A DNA stretch of 64,000 bases, taken from contig CAVTHV010000018.1 in the NCBI GenBank assembly GCA_963734595.1, forward strand, positions 248,962 through 312,961, in the 5' to 3' direction. Origin of the DNA: an uncultured beta proteobacterium (GTDB taxonomy: Bacteria; Pseudomonadota; Gammaproteobacteria; Burkholderiales; SG8-41). This document shows, in pieces, positions 49,709 to 58,217 of the stretch; the stretch's first letter is position 1; each line of letters begins with the position of its first letter. The notes under the pieces were generated by a model, which ran no database searches, was not told the DNA's origin, and saw nothing but the letters and a program-made list of their open reading frames with translations. A program made the position numbers and the translations under genes.

Positions 49709-50644
49709 ATGCCCGAAACAGGAGACACCATCGCCGTCATCGGCGGCGGTACCATGGGCGCGGACATCGCCGCGAGCTTCGCCGCCTGCGGCTGGACCGC
49801 CCATATCGTGAACCCGCAGGACCGCATGCGCGAGACGCTGCCCGCCCGGATCGAAGCCGCGATGCGCAAGCTGGGCAAGCCGTACCGGGAGACGGATTTC
49901 CCGCTGCATGACGGGCTGGCCACGCTGCCGTGGGCGAAAATCGACATCGTGATCGAAGCGGCGCCCGAGCGTCTCGACGTCAAGCAGCAACTGTTCGCGG
50001 AACTCGAGCGGCTCGCCCGCGCCGACGCGCCGCTGTGCAGCAACTCTTCGGCGATTCCCATCGGCCACATCGGCGCCGGCCTCAAGACGCAGAACCGCAT
50101 GGTCGGCACGCATTACTTCATGCCCGCGCACCTGGTGCCGGCGGTCGAAGTGGTGCGCTCGAAACACACCGACGTGGCGGTGGCGGACCGCGTCAGCGCG
50201 ATTCTCAAGAGCGTCGGCAAGGTGCCGGTGCGCGTCAATCTCGACATTCCGGGCTTTCTCGCCAACCGCATGCAGCACGCGCTGTCGCGCGAGGCGTTGT
50301 CGCTGGTCGAGCGCGGCATCGCGACGCCGGAAGACGTCGACAATGCCGTGCGCTACGGCTTCGGTTTCCGTTACATCGCCGCCGGACCGCTGCTGCAGCG
50401 CGACCACGCGGGCCTCGACGTGCATTGCGCCGCGGCTGCGACCATCTATCCCGACCTGTGCAACAGCGCGACGCCGAGCCCCGCCATGGCCGACCGCGTC
50501 AAGGCGGGCCACATCGGCATGAAGGCGGGGAAGGGCTTCTACGACTGGACCGGCGAGTCGATCGCGAAAGAGAAGGCGCGCTACGAAGCGGCGCTCACCG
50601 GGGCGATGGAAATCCTGAAGCGCGAGCGCGGCGATGCCGTGTAA
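49709..50644 (+). CDS. 3-hydroxyacyl-CoA dehydrogenase family protein
   Basis: IAVIGGGTMGADIA Rossmann motif ...IEAAPERLDVKQQLF...SNSSA... Confidence 0.85.
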   Translation: MPETGDTIAVIGGGTMGADIAASFAACGWTAHIVNPQDRMRETLPARIEAAMRKLGKPYRETDFPLHDGLATLPWAKIDIVIEAAPERLDVKQQLFAELERLARADAPLCSNSSAIPIGHIGAGLKTQNRMVGTHYFMPAHLVPAVEVVRSKHTDVAVADRVSAILKSVGKVPVRVNLDIPGFLANRMQHALSREALSLVERGIATPEDVDNAVRYGFGFRYIAAGPLLQRDHAGLDVHCAAAATIYPDLCNSATPSPAMADRVKAGHIGMKAGKGFYDWTGESIAKEKARYEAALTGAMEILKRERGDAV

Positions 50645-50648
50645 ACGC

Positions 50649-50870
50649 TAAAAGCATAAACGCAAAGGACACAGGAAGCCAAGATCAAAAAGAGCATTAA
50701 CGCAAAGGACGCAAAGTAACGCGAAGGTTCGCAAAGGAATACATAACCGAGAACTCTTGTCGAGACCCGTTAAGAGTTCCACACAATGAAAACAGACATT
50801 GGATTTCATTTTTCCTTGTTTTCCTTCGCGTTCCTTTGCGTACCTTTGTGTCCTTTGCGTTCATGCTTTT
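50649..50870. repeat. palindromic element, copy 13 (two tandem left termini)
   Basis: TAAAAGCATAAACGCAAAGGACACAGGAAGCCAAGATC, then AAAAAGAGCATTAACGCAAAGGACGCAAAGTAACGCGAAGGTTCGCAAAGG ... TTTTCCTTCGCGTTCCTTTGCGTACCTTTGTGTCCTTTGCGTTCATGCTTTT. Confidence 0.85.
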
Positions 50871-50886
50871 ATTGAAGGGATGTAGC

Positions 50887-51528
50887 TTGACTCAACTGAT
50901 ACTCATACGCCACGGCGAGACGCTCTGGAACCGCCAGGGCCGCATGCAGGGCCAGCAGGACAGTCCGCTCACCGAGGTCGGCGAGCGCCAGGCGCGCCGG
51001 CTCGGCCGGCGGCTGGCGAGCATCGCATTCGACACGCTTTACAGCAGCGATCTCGGGCGCGCGCACCAGACCGCATGCCGCGTGGCCGAGGTCACCGGGC
51101 ACGCGATCACCGTCGACGAGCGCCTGCGCGAGCGTCATTTCGGCGTGTTCGAGGGACTGACGTCAGACGAACTGCAGGCCCGCTATTCAGCCGAATACGA
51201 GCGTTTCAGGAGCCGCGATGCGGATTACGTCGTGCCCGGCGGCGAGAGCGCGCAGCAGTTTCGCGCGCGCACCATCGCTTGCCTGCGCGAGATCGCCGAG
51301 CGCCATGCCGGCGGCACGGTGGCCGTGGTCACGCACGGACTCGTGCTCGATACGGCGTATCGCGCGGCCTATGCGCTCGCGCCCGCCGCGCCGCGCCCCG
51401 TCCCGTTGCTCAATGCGAGCCTCAACATTTTCCGCTATGCCGGCGGACGCTGGCATTGCGAGACATGGGGCGACGTGGACCACCTGCAGGAGGAATCCGT
51501 CACGCGCTTCGAAGGCCGCGGCGTCTAG
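50887..51528 (+). CDS. histidine phosphatase (phosphoglycerate mutase) family protein
   Basis: LILIRHGETLWN...SSDLGRAHQTA...VVTHG. TTG start inferred. Confidence 0.8.
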   Translation: MTQLILIRHGETLWNRQGRMQGQQDSPLTEVGERQARRLGRRLASIAFDTLYSSDLGRAHQTACRVAEVTGHAITVDERLRERHFGVFEGLTSDELQARYSAEYERFRSRDADYVVPGGESAQQFRARTIACLREIAERHAGGTVAVVTHGLVLDTAYRAAYALAPAAPRPVPLLNASLNIFRYAGGRWHCETWGDVDHLQEESVTRFEGRGV

Positions 51529-51531
51529 TCC

Positions 51532-52179
51532 ATGAGCAAACAGGAAACGGTGGTTGTGGTGCACGGCCTGTGGATGCACGGCGTGGTGATGACGCTGGTG
51601 CGGCGGCGCATCGAACGCTGCGGCTACCGGGCGCTGAGCTACTCGTATCCGTCGATGGCACTCACGCTCACCGAGAACGCCGCGCGGCTGGCGCAATTCT
51701 GCCGCGACATTTGCCTCGACAGCGGCGCATCGCGATTGCATTTCGTCGGCCACAGCCTCGGCGGGCCGGTGATACTCAGGATGCTGGAGGGCGCGGCGGA
51801 CCTGGATATCGGGCGCATCGTGCTTGTCGGGCCGCCGATCCTCGGCAGTTTCGCTGCGGAGCGCTTTGCGCGGCTGCCGGGAGGCCGGAAAGCCCTCGGC
51901 CACAGCATTCCCGAGTGGCTGGAAAGCGCTCCGCCGTCAGGCCTCGGGCGCTACGAGATCGGCGTTATCGCCGGCGATGCCCATATCGGACTCGGCACGC
52001 TGATTGTGCCGGCGCTGCCCCGCCCGAACGACAGCGTGGTCAGCGTGGCCGAGACCCGGCTGCCGGGCGCGAGCGATCACATCGTGCTCAACGTCAGCCA
52101 TACCGCAATGCTGGTTTCGGCCGCCGTCGCCCGGCAGATCTGCGAATTTCTGGAGCACGGAGCGTTCAAAAGAGACTAG
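51532..52179 (+). CDS. alpha/beta hydrolase (esterase/lipase-like)
   Basis: VVVVHGLWMHG...FVGHSLGG... Confidence 0.8.
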   Translation: MSKQETVVVVHGLWMHGVVMTLVRRRIERCGYRALSYSYPSMALTLTENAARLAQFCRDICLDSGASRLHFVGHSLGGPVILRMLEGAADLDIGRIVLVGPPILGSFAAERFARLPGGRKALGHSIPEWLESAPPSGLGRYEIGVIAGDAHIGLGTLIVPALPRPNDSVVSVAETRLPGASDHIVLNVSHTAMLVSAAVARQICEFLEHGAFKRD

Positions 52180-52420
52180 GGACTAGGGATGAAGGATGAG
52201 GGATGAGGGAAAGCGGGGAATGGGGATGAGTAATGGGAATTAAGTGATTGAGTGATTCGTAAATCGTGAATCGTCAATCGTGAGTCGTGAGAGGTTAATT
52301 TAATTTTGTTTTTCCTCTGTGTCCTTTGTGTCCTTCGTGTCTCTGCTTTGCGGTTTTTGATCGGGTTACCTTTGCGAACCTTCGCGGACCTTCGCGTCCT
52401 TTGCGTTCATGCTTTTGATC
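52177..52420. repeat. composite palindromic element, copy 14 (GGGATGAG array, GTGATTGA/AATCGTGA array, then CCTTCGC-type right arm)
   Basis: It starts on the TAG stop: TAGGGACTAGGGATGAAGGATGAGGGATGAGGG...AAGTGATTGAGTGATTCGTAAATCGTGAATCGTCAATCGTGAGTCGTGAG ... TTTTCCTCTGTGTCCTTTGTGTCCTTCGTG...CCTTTGCGAACCTTCGCGGACCTTCGCGTCCTTTGCGTTCATGCTTTT. Confidence 0.8.
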
Positions 52421-52529
52421 GTCCTAGCGGTTCAAAAATCCGGGAATGGGAACAACACGGATGAGAGCCCTGAAGGATGCGTTTCACTTGATGAGGGAAC
52501 AAGGGCGGTGATGAATGGTCGATAAATAG

Positions 52530-53603
52530 ATGAAATCCGCTCTCCGTATCATCGCCGTCGCGATGCTGCTGACGCTCGCCGGCTGCGCCGATCTCGGCTA
52601 TTACATGCAGTCGATGGACGGGCAGTTCGACGTCTGGAACCGCGAGCGTCCGATCGGCGACGTCATCGCCGACCCGGCGACGCCGGCCGCACTCCGGGAA
52701 AAACTCGAAGGCGTGCAGCGCATCCGCGAATTCGCAAGCCGCGAGCTGGGACTGCCGGACAACGCGAGCTACCGGCGCTATGCCGATCTCGGGCGGCCGT
52801 TCGTGGTATGGAACGTGTTTGCGGCGCCGGAGTTTTCCACCAAACCGGTGCGGTGGTGCTTTCCCGTTGCGGGCTGCGTCGGCTATCGCGGCTATTTCGA
52901 CAAAGCCGAGGCCGATCGTTTCTCTGCCGATCTCGCTGCAGGGGGTGACGACGTGTACGTGGACGGCGTGCCGGCTTACTCGACGCTTGGCTATTTCGAC
53001 GACCCGGTGCTCAATACCTTCATTCACTATCCCGATGCCCGGTTGGCGCAGCTGATTTTCCATGAACTCGCCCACCAGGTGGTTTATGTGCGCGACGATT
53101 CCGTGTTCAACGAGTCCTTCGCGGTCACGGTCGAGCGCGAGGGCGTCAGGCGCTGGCTCGAGCGTTATGGCGGCGCACACGACAAAGCCACCTACGAGCG
53201 CATGCGCCAGTACCGCGAGGGTTTTATCCGGCTCGTCCAGGATTATCGCGAGCGGCTCGACGCGCTCTATGCCAGCGGGCTGGCGCCGCAGGAGATGCGC
53301 GAACGCAAGCGGGAGCTGTTCGACGCGATGACCCGGGATTACGGCAAACTCAAGGCGGGCTGGAACGGATTCGGAGGCTACGACCGGTGGTTCGCGCAAC
53401 GGCCCAACAACGCGCAGATTGCCTCAGTCACGATCTATACCCAGATGGTGCCGGAATTCCAGGCCTTGCTCGAAAGGGAGGGCCGGGATTTGCCGCGGTT
53501 TTACGCCGCGGTCAGGGAGCTTGCCGGGCTGGACAAACAGGAACGAACCCGCAGGCTGGACAGCCTGCTTGCGCCGGCCGCCGTTTCCGGCGCCGGACCA
53601 TAG
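52530..53603 (+). CDS. putative zinc aminopeptidase lipoprotein (DUF2265-like)
   Basis: LAGC lipobox and HELAHQ zinc motif. Confidence 0.8.
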   Translation: MKSALRIIAVAMLLTLAGCADLGYYMQSMDGQFDVWNRERPIGDVIADPATPAALREKLEGVQRIREFASRELGLPDNASYRRYADLGRPFVVWNVFAAPEFSTKPVRWCFPVAGCVGYRGYFDKAEADRFSADLAAGGDDVYVDGVPAYSTLGYFDDPVLNTFIHYPDARLAQLIFHELAHQVVYVRDDSVFNESFAVTVEREGVRRWLERYGGAHDKATYERMRQYREGFIRLVQDYRERLDALYASGLAPQEMRERKRELFDAMTRDYGKLKAGWNGFGGYDRWFAQRPNNAQIASVTIYTQMVPEFQALLEREGRDLPRFYAAVRELAGLDKQERTRRLDSLLAPAAVSGAGP

Positions 53604-53626
53604 CGCCGGCGCGGTATAATTTCCCT

Positions 53627-53795
53627 AAGAGCGCATTTCAAGAAGACCAGGACAGACGAAGCCACAGAGAGCACAGAGTTTTCTTTTCAATACCGGGTGC
53701 ACGGAGAGAATCAAAACACTTATTTAAAACAACCGGATACGAAACAGGTCCCGTTGCCGGTTTTTCCTCTGTGTTCTCTGTGATCTCCGTGGCTA
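53627..53795. repeat. palindromic element, copy 15 (CACAGAGAA type)
   Basis: AAGAGCGCATTTCAAGAAGACCAGGACAGACGAAGCCACAGAGAGCACAGAG ... TTTTTCCTCTGTGTTCTCTGTGATCTCCGTGGCTAA. Confidence 0.8.
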
Positions 53796-53838
53796 ATTCA
53801 TTTTGTTACGGGCTCTAAGCCGGCACAGGAGCACGACC

Positions 53839-54468
53839 ATGAAACTGACGAGCACGAGTTTCGGCAACAACCAGCGCATCCCGGCGGAATTCGCCTTCTG
53901 CGCGCCCGATCCGAAAACCCATGTCACGCTGTCCAAGAACCGCAATCCCGAATTGTCGTGGAGCGATCTGCCGGCCGGCACGCTATCGCTCGCTCTGATC
54001 TGCCACGACCCCGATGTGCCGTCCCGGCCCGACGACGTCAACCAGGAGGGGCGCAGCGTTCCGGCGTCGTTGCCGCGGATCGATTTCTATCACTGGCTGC
54101 TGGTGGATCTCGATCCCAAATCCGCGTCGCTCAAGGCCGGTGAATTTTCCGACGGCGTCACCACGCGCGGCAAGGGCGGACCTTCCGGCCCGCGCGGCAC
54201 CCGCCAGGGCATCAACGATTACAGCGCATGGTTCGGCGGCGACAAGGACATGTCCGGCGATTATTTCGGCTACGACGGCCCGTGCCCGCCGTGGAACGAC
54301 ACCATCCCGCATCATTACGTGTTCACGCTTTACGCGCTCGATGTGCCGGGTTGTCCGGTGAGCGGCAGGTTCAGGGGCGCAGACGTGCTTGCCGCGATCA
54401 AGGGTCATGTGCTGGGCCAGGCCAGCATCACCGGCGTCTACAGCCTGAACCCCGACGTTAAAATTTGA
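53839..54468 (+). CDS. YbhB/YbcL family Raf kinase inhibitor-like (PEBP) protein
   Basis: ...ALICHDPDVP...FYHWLLVDL...YDGPCPP...HHYVFTLYALD. Confidence 0.9.
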   Translation: MKLTSTSFGNNQRIPAEFAFCAPDPKTHVTLSKNRNPELSWSDLPAGTLSLALICHDPDVPSRPDDVNQEGRSVPASLPRIDFYHWLLVDLDPKSASLKAGEFSDGVTTRGKGGPSGPRGTRQGINDYSAWFGGDKDMSGDYFGYDGPCPPWNDTIPHHYVFTLYALDVPGCPVSGRFRGADVLAAIKGHVLGQASITGVYSLNPDVKI

Positions 54469-54535
54469 ACCTCTTTCCGCGCCACTAACGCCGGTTGGCG
54501 CCGGCCTTAGCCGCTTGTAAAAGGCAATTCCCTCC

Positions 54536-55739
54536 ATGAAGGTCATGGTCACGCCGCTTACCTCCGCGCCGGTCGCAGCCCGGCCGGTGGAAATCGTGGA
54601 GCGCAAGGGCACCGGCCATCCGGACACCATCTGCGATGCGCTGGCGGAGGAACTCAGCATCGCGCTGTCGAAGTTCTACCTCGAGCGCTGCGGCCTCATC
54701 CTGCATCACAACGTCGACAAGGCACTGCTGTGGGGCGGCGCGGCGCGCGCCGGCTTCGGCGGCGGCGAGGTGCTGCAGCCGATCGAACTGTTTCTCGCCG
54801 GACGCGCGACGCGCGAATTCCGCGGCATCGAGGTGCCGCTCGAGGAAATCGCGGTCGAGTCGACGCGGCGCTGGCTGAAAAACAACCTGCGGGCGCTCGA
54901 CGCCGAGCGCCATGTCCGCATCCATTGCCTGCTGCGGCCCAGTTCCGCCGCGCTCGTCGACCTGTTCCTGCGCCAGCGCGAAAGCGGCGTCGTGCTCGCC
55001 AACGACACGTCCTGCGGCGTCGGCTATGCGCCGCTCGATGCGCTCGAGACGCATGGTGCTGCGCGTCGAGCGCCACCTGAATTCGGCCGCGGCGCGCAGC
55101 GCCTGTCCCGCCATCGGCGAGGACATCAAGGTGATGGGGGTGCGCACCGGCGAGACGTTCCATCTCACCGTCGCCTGCGCCTTCATCGCGGCAGAGGTGA
55201 GGGACATGGCCGCGTACCAGGCGCACAAGGCGCGGGTGCGGGCGCTCGCGCTCGATGCGGCGCGCACGATCAGCAAGGCGCCGGTCGACGTGATGGTCAA
55301 TGCCGCCGACGGCGACACCGAGGACAGCGTCTACCTCACCGTCACCGGCACCTCGGCCGAGGCCGGCGACGACGGCGAGGTGGGGCGCGGCAACCGCGTC
55401 AACGGCCTGATCACGCCGTGCCGCCCGATGAGCATGGAGGCGGCGGCGGGCAAAAACCCGGTGAGCCACGTCGGCAAGCTCTATCACCTGGTTGCGGGGC
55501 GGATCACGCACCAGCTCGTCGCCGAGATTGCGGAGATCACCGAGGCGCAATGCCTGCTGGTGAGCGCCATCGGCCACCCGGTCGATCAGCCGCAGATCGC
55601 GGAGGTGAAGGTGCGCCTGACGGAGGTGCGTGCGCTCGGCGCGGTCGAGCCGCGCGTCGCGGCGGTGGTGCGCGACAACCTCGCAGGCATCAACTTACTG
55701 TGGCGGGAAGTGGTGGCCGGCAAGCAGCCGGTGTGGTGA
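54536..55739 (+). CDS. archaeal-type S-adenosylmethionine synthetase (methionine adenosyltransferase), one frameshift near 55045
   Basis: ...[18 protein letters not shown]...HHNVDKAL...[14 protein letters not shown], then in ORF 54912..55739 ...[10 protein letters not shown]...[47 protein letters not shown]... Confidence 0.75.
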
Positions 55740-55757
55740 GTCCCGCTAACGCCCCGT

Positions 55758-56087
55758 CAAAAGCATTAACGCGAAGGACGCAAAATTAAAAAGAGCATGA
55801 ACGCGAAGGACGCGAAGGTTCGCAAAGGAATGCAAGATCATGAATTCAAATCGAGAATCATCGAATCAGTAACACCGATCAAAGGAAATGTCGGGTTGTC
55901 GCTATCTTTTATTTGATTTTCCTTCGCGTTACTTCGCGTCCTTCGCGTCCAAGATTTTTTTGTTCTGTGCCGTTAGCTGCGTCCGAATATCCATACAGAG
56001 CCGCAAATTATCTAAGCCGGATCTTTGATAAGTCCTGCCCCGGCTTTCCTTTGCGCACCTTCGCGGACCTTTGCGTTAATGCTTTTG
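55758..56087. repeat. composite palindromic element, copy 16 (two left termini, inner right arm, module M, outer right arm)
   Basis: CAAAAGCATTAACGCGAAGGACGCAAAA / TTAAAAAGAGCATGAACGCGAAGGACGCGAAGGTTCGCAAAGG ... TTTTCCTTCGCGTTACTTCGCGTCCTTCGCGTCC ... module M ... TTTCCTTTGCGCACCTTCGCGGACCTTTGCGTTAATGCTTTTGAAC. It abuts the phaC stop (CTA 56090-56092). Confidence 0.85.
56005..56031 (-). promoter_or_regulatory. promoter-like box pair inside module M (minus strand)
   Basis: Read on the minus strand: TTATCA - 15 nt - TAATTT. Confidence 0.25.
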
Positions 56088-56089
56088 AA

Positions 56090-57832
56090 CTAGATCTCGT
56101 GCACATAACTCCCCGGCGCGGGACCGAGCACCGGGTATTTTTTGCTGCCGGGCGCGCGCGCCGCGACTTTCGGGCCGCAGTGCCTGCCGAGCCATCCCGC
56201 CCAGTTGTCCCACCAGCTGCCCTCGACCTTGTGCTGCTGTTTGTGCCATTCCTCCGGCGGCGCTGAGTTGGTTTCGCCGCTCCAGTAGCTGCGCTTGGGC
56301 GGTTTCACCGGCGGATTGATGATGCCGAGGATGTGGCCCGAGCTCGACAGCGTGTAGCGCACCGGGGCGTCGATCTTGCCCGCGATCTTGAACGTCGCTT
56401 TCCACGGCGCGATGTGGTCCTCCTCGCAGCCCACCGCATACAGCGGCTGGCGGATCCGGCCGAGATCGATGCGGTGGCCGGCCAGCTCCAGCGCGTCCTT
56501 TTTGTCGAGCTTGTTGTTCAGGTAAAACTCGCGCAGGTAGTAGCTGTGCATCGTGTGCGGCATGCGCGTCATGTCGGTGTTCCAGTACAGCACGTCGAAC
56601 GGCGGCGGCGTCTCGCCGTAGAGGTAGTTGTGCACGAAATAGTGCCAGATCAGGCTGTTCGAACGCAGCATGCGGAACGCGCGCCCCATGTCGTGGCCGT
56701 CGAGGTAACCCTGGTGCGCCATCGTTTCCTCGAGCGTGTCGATGGTCTCTTCGTTGATGAACACCTCGATGCCGCCGGGGCGCGAGAAGTCGATCAGCGT
56801 GGTGAGCAGCGTCCAGTGCGGGACCGGAACCTGCCCGGCGTTGGGATATTCGCGGTTGAACCACGCCATCAGCGCCGCGAGCGCGGTGCCGCCGATGCAG
56901 TAGCCTGCCGCGTGCGCGTGGGAGGTGCCGCAAATGCTGCGCGCGACGTCGATGGCCTGGCGCAGTCCCTTCATCAGGTAGTCGTCGAACGTCGTGTCGG
57001 CATCGCGCGCGGTCGGGTTTTTCCAGCTCACGACGAACACCGTGAAGCCCTGGTTCACCAGGTAGCGCAGCAGGCTCTTTTTTTCGTTGAGATCGAGGAT
57101 GTAATACTTGTTGATCCAGGGCGGGATGATGACCAGCGGCACCGTGTGCACCTCGGCGGTCGTTGGCGCGTACTGGATGAGCTCCATCAGTTCGTTGCGG
57201 TAGACCACCGCGCCCGGCGTGGTGGCGAGATTCTTGCCGACCTTGAACGCCGAACGGTCGACCATCCGCACGTCGCCGTTGCGCAGGTCCTCGAGCCACA
57301 GCTTGAGTCCGGCCGCAATGCTTTGCCCGCCGGTCTCCCAGAATCTGCGGACGGCGACGGGATTGGTGAAAAAATAATTGGTCGGCGCAACCGCGTTCAG
57401 CCACTGGCGTGCCCAGAACGTCGCGCGGCGGCGGTCTTTGGCCGGAACCCCCGGCGTCTCGAACAGCGCCTCCTGCGACCAGCGGGTGTAGAGCAGGTAG
57501 AACTGCTTCAGGATCGAGAGCGCCGGCAATTCGGACCACGCGGGATCGGCGAAGCGCGCGTCGTCGGCTGCCGCCGTGTGACACGGCCGCGGCTGCAGCC
57601 CGGTCACGGTTTGCCAGGCGTGGAGCTGCAACTCCTGCAGATCGCGCGCGAGATCGGCTAGCGCCGCCGACAGCTCGGCGGGATGCGTGACCCAGCCCCC
57701 GGTGACTTTGTTCATCGAGGCGCCGATGCCGAACGGGTCGACCGAGCGGTGGAGCCGGGCCATCTCGTCGGTCCACTGCGCGAAGCCGGCCTGCCACTCG
57801 GCGGGGGGCGTATCGGTGGTTGGCTTCTTCAA
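56090..57832 (-). CDS. phaC: class I poly(R)-hydroxyalkanoate synthase
   Basis: 580 aa, intact. Lipase-box GYCIGG, ...PPWINKYYILDL..., ...HIAPW..., ...SGHI... Confidence 0.95.
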   Translation of the reverse strand: MKKPTTDTPPAEWQAGFAQWTDEMARLHRSVDPFGIGASMNKVTGGWVTHPAELSAALADLARDLQELQLHAWQTVTGLQPRPCHTAAADDARFADPAWSELPALSILKQFYLLYTRWSQEALFETPGVPAKDRRRATFWARQWLNAVAPTNYFFTNPVAVRRFWETGGQSIAAGLKLWLEDLRNGDVRMVDRSAFKVGKNLATTPGAVVYRNELMELIQYAPTTAEVHTVPLVIIPPWINKYYILDLNEKKSLLRYLVNQGFTVFVVSWKNPTARDADTTFDDYLMKGLRQAIDVARSICGTSHAHAAGYCIGGTALAALMAWFNREYPNAGQVPVPHWTLLTTLIDFSRPGGIEVFINEETIDTLEETMAHQGYLDGHDMGRAFRMLRSNSLIWHYFVHNYLYGETPPPFDVLYWNTDMTRMPHTMHSYYLREFYLNNKLDKKDALELAGHRIDLGRIRQPLYAVGCEEDHIAPWKATFKIAGKIDAPVRYTLSSSGHILGIINPPVKPPKRSYWSGETNSAPPEEWHKQQHKVEGSWWDNWAGWLGRHCGPKVAARAPGSKKYPVLGPAPGSYVHEI

Positions 57833-57949
57833 GGGATCACTCTATCATTGCGGCCTGTCCGCGGCGGCGGAGCCGCGCGCGGCGAGACTCGCAAATATGA
57901 TACGCCGATCCGGGTTGATATTCCGGAATTTCCGGGAAAGCTTTGACCT

Positions 57950-58200
57950 AACGCAAAAGCCCAAGATCAAAAAAAGCCTGAACGCAAAGGGCGCGAAGGA
58001 CCGCAAAGGTTCGCAAAGGAAAAACAAGGGCAAATGATAATTAAAACCTCGCATTCATAATCGTTATTGCAATATTTCCGGAAATTGCCGTTCTTGGTTT
58101 ACTTTGCATTACTTCGCGAACGCTGTTGCGTCCTTTGCGTCAATGCTTTTTGTGAACTTATATATCAGTAACCTTTGCGCCCTTTGCGTTAATGCTCTAG
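57950..58200. repeat. composite palindromic element, copy 17 (in the phaC-hrpA divergent region)
   Basis: AACGCAAAAGCCCAAGATCAAAAAAAGCCTGAACGCAAAGGGCGCGAAGGACCGCAAAGGTTCGCAAAGG ... TTTGCATTACTTCGCGAACGCTGTTGCGTCCTTTGCGTCAATGCTTTTT ... ACCTTTGCGCCCTTTGCGTTAATGCTCT. Confidence 0.8.
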
Positions 58201-58217
58201 GTTTTTAAGATCTTTCA

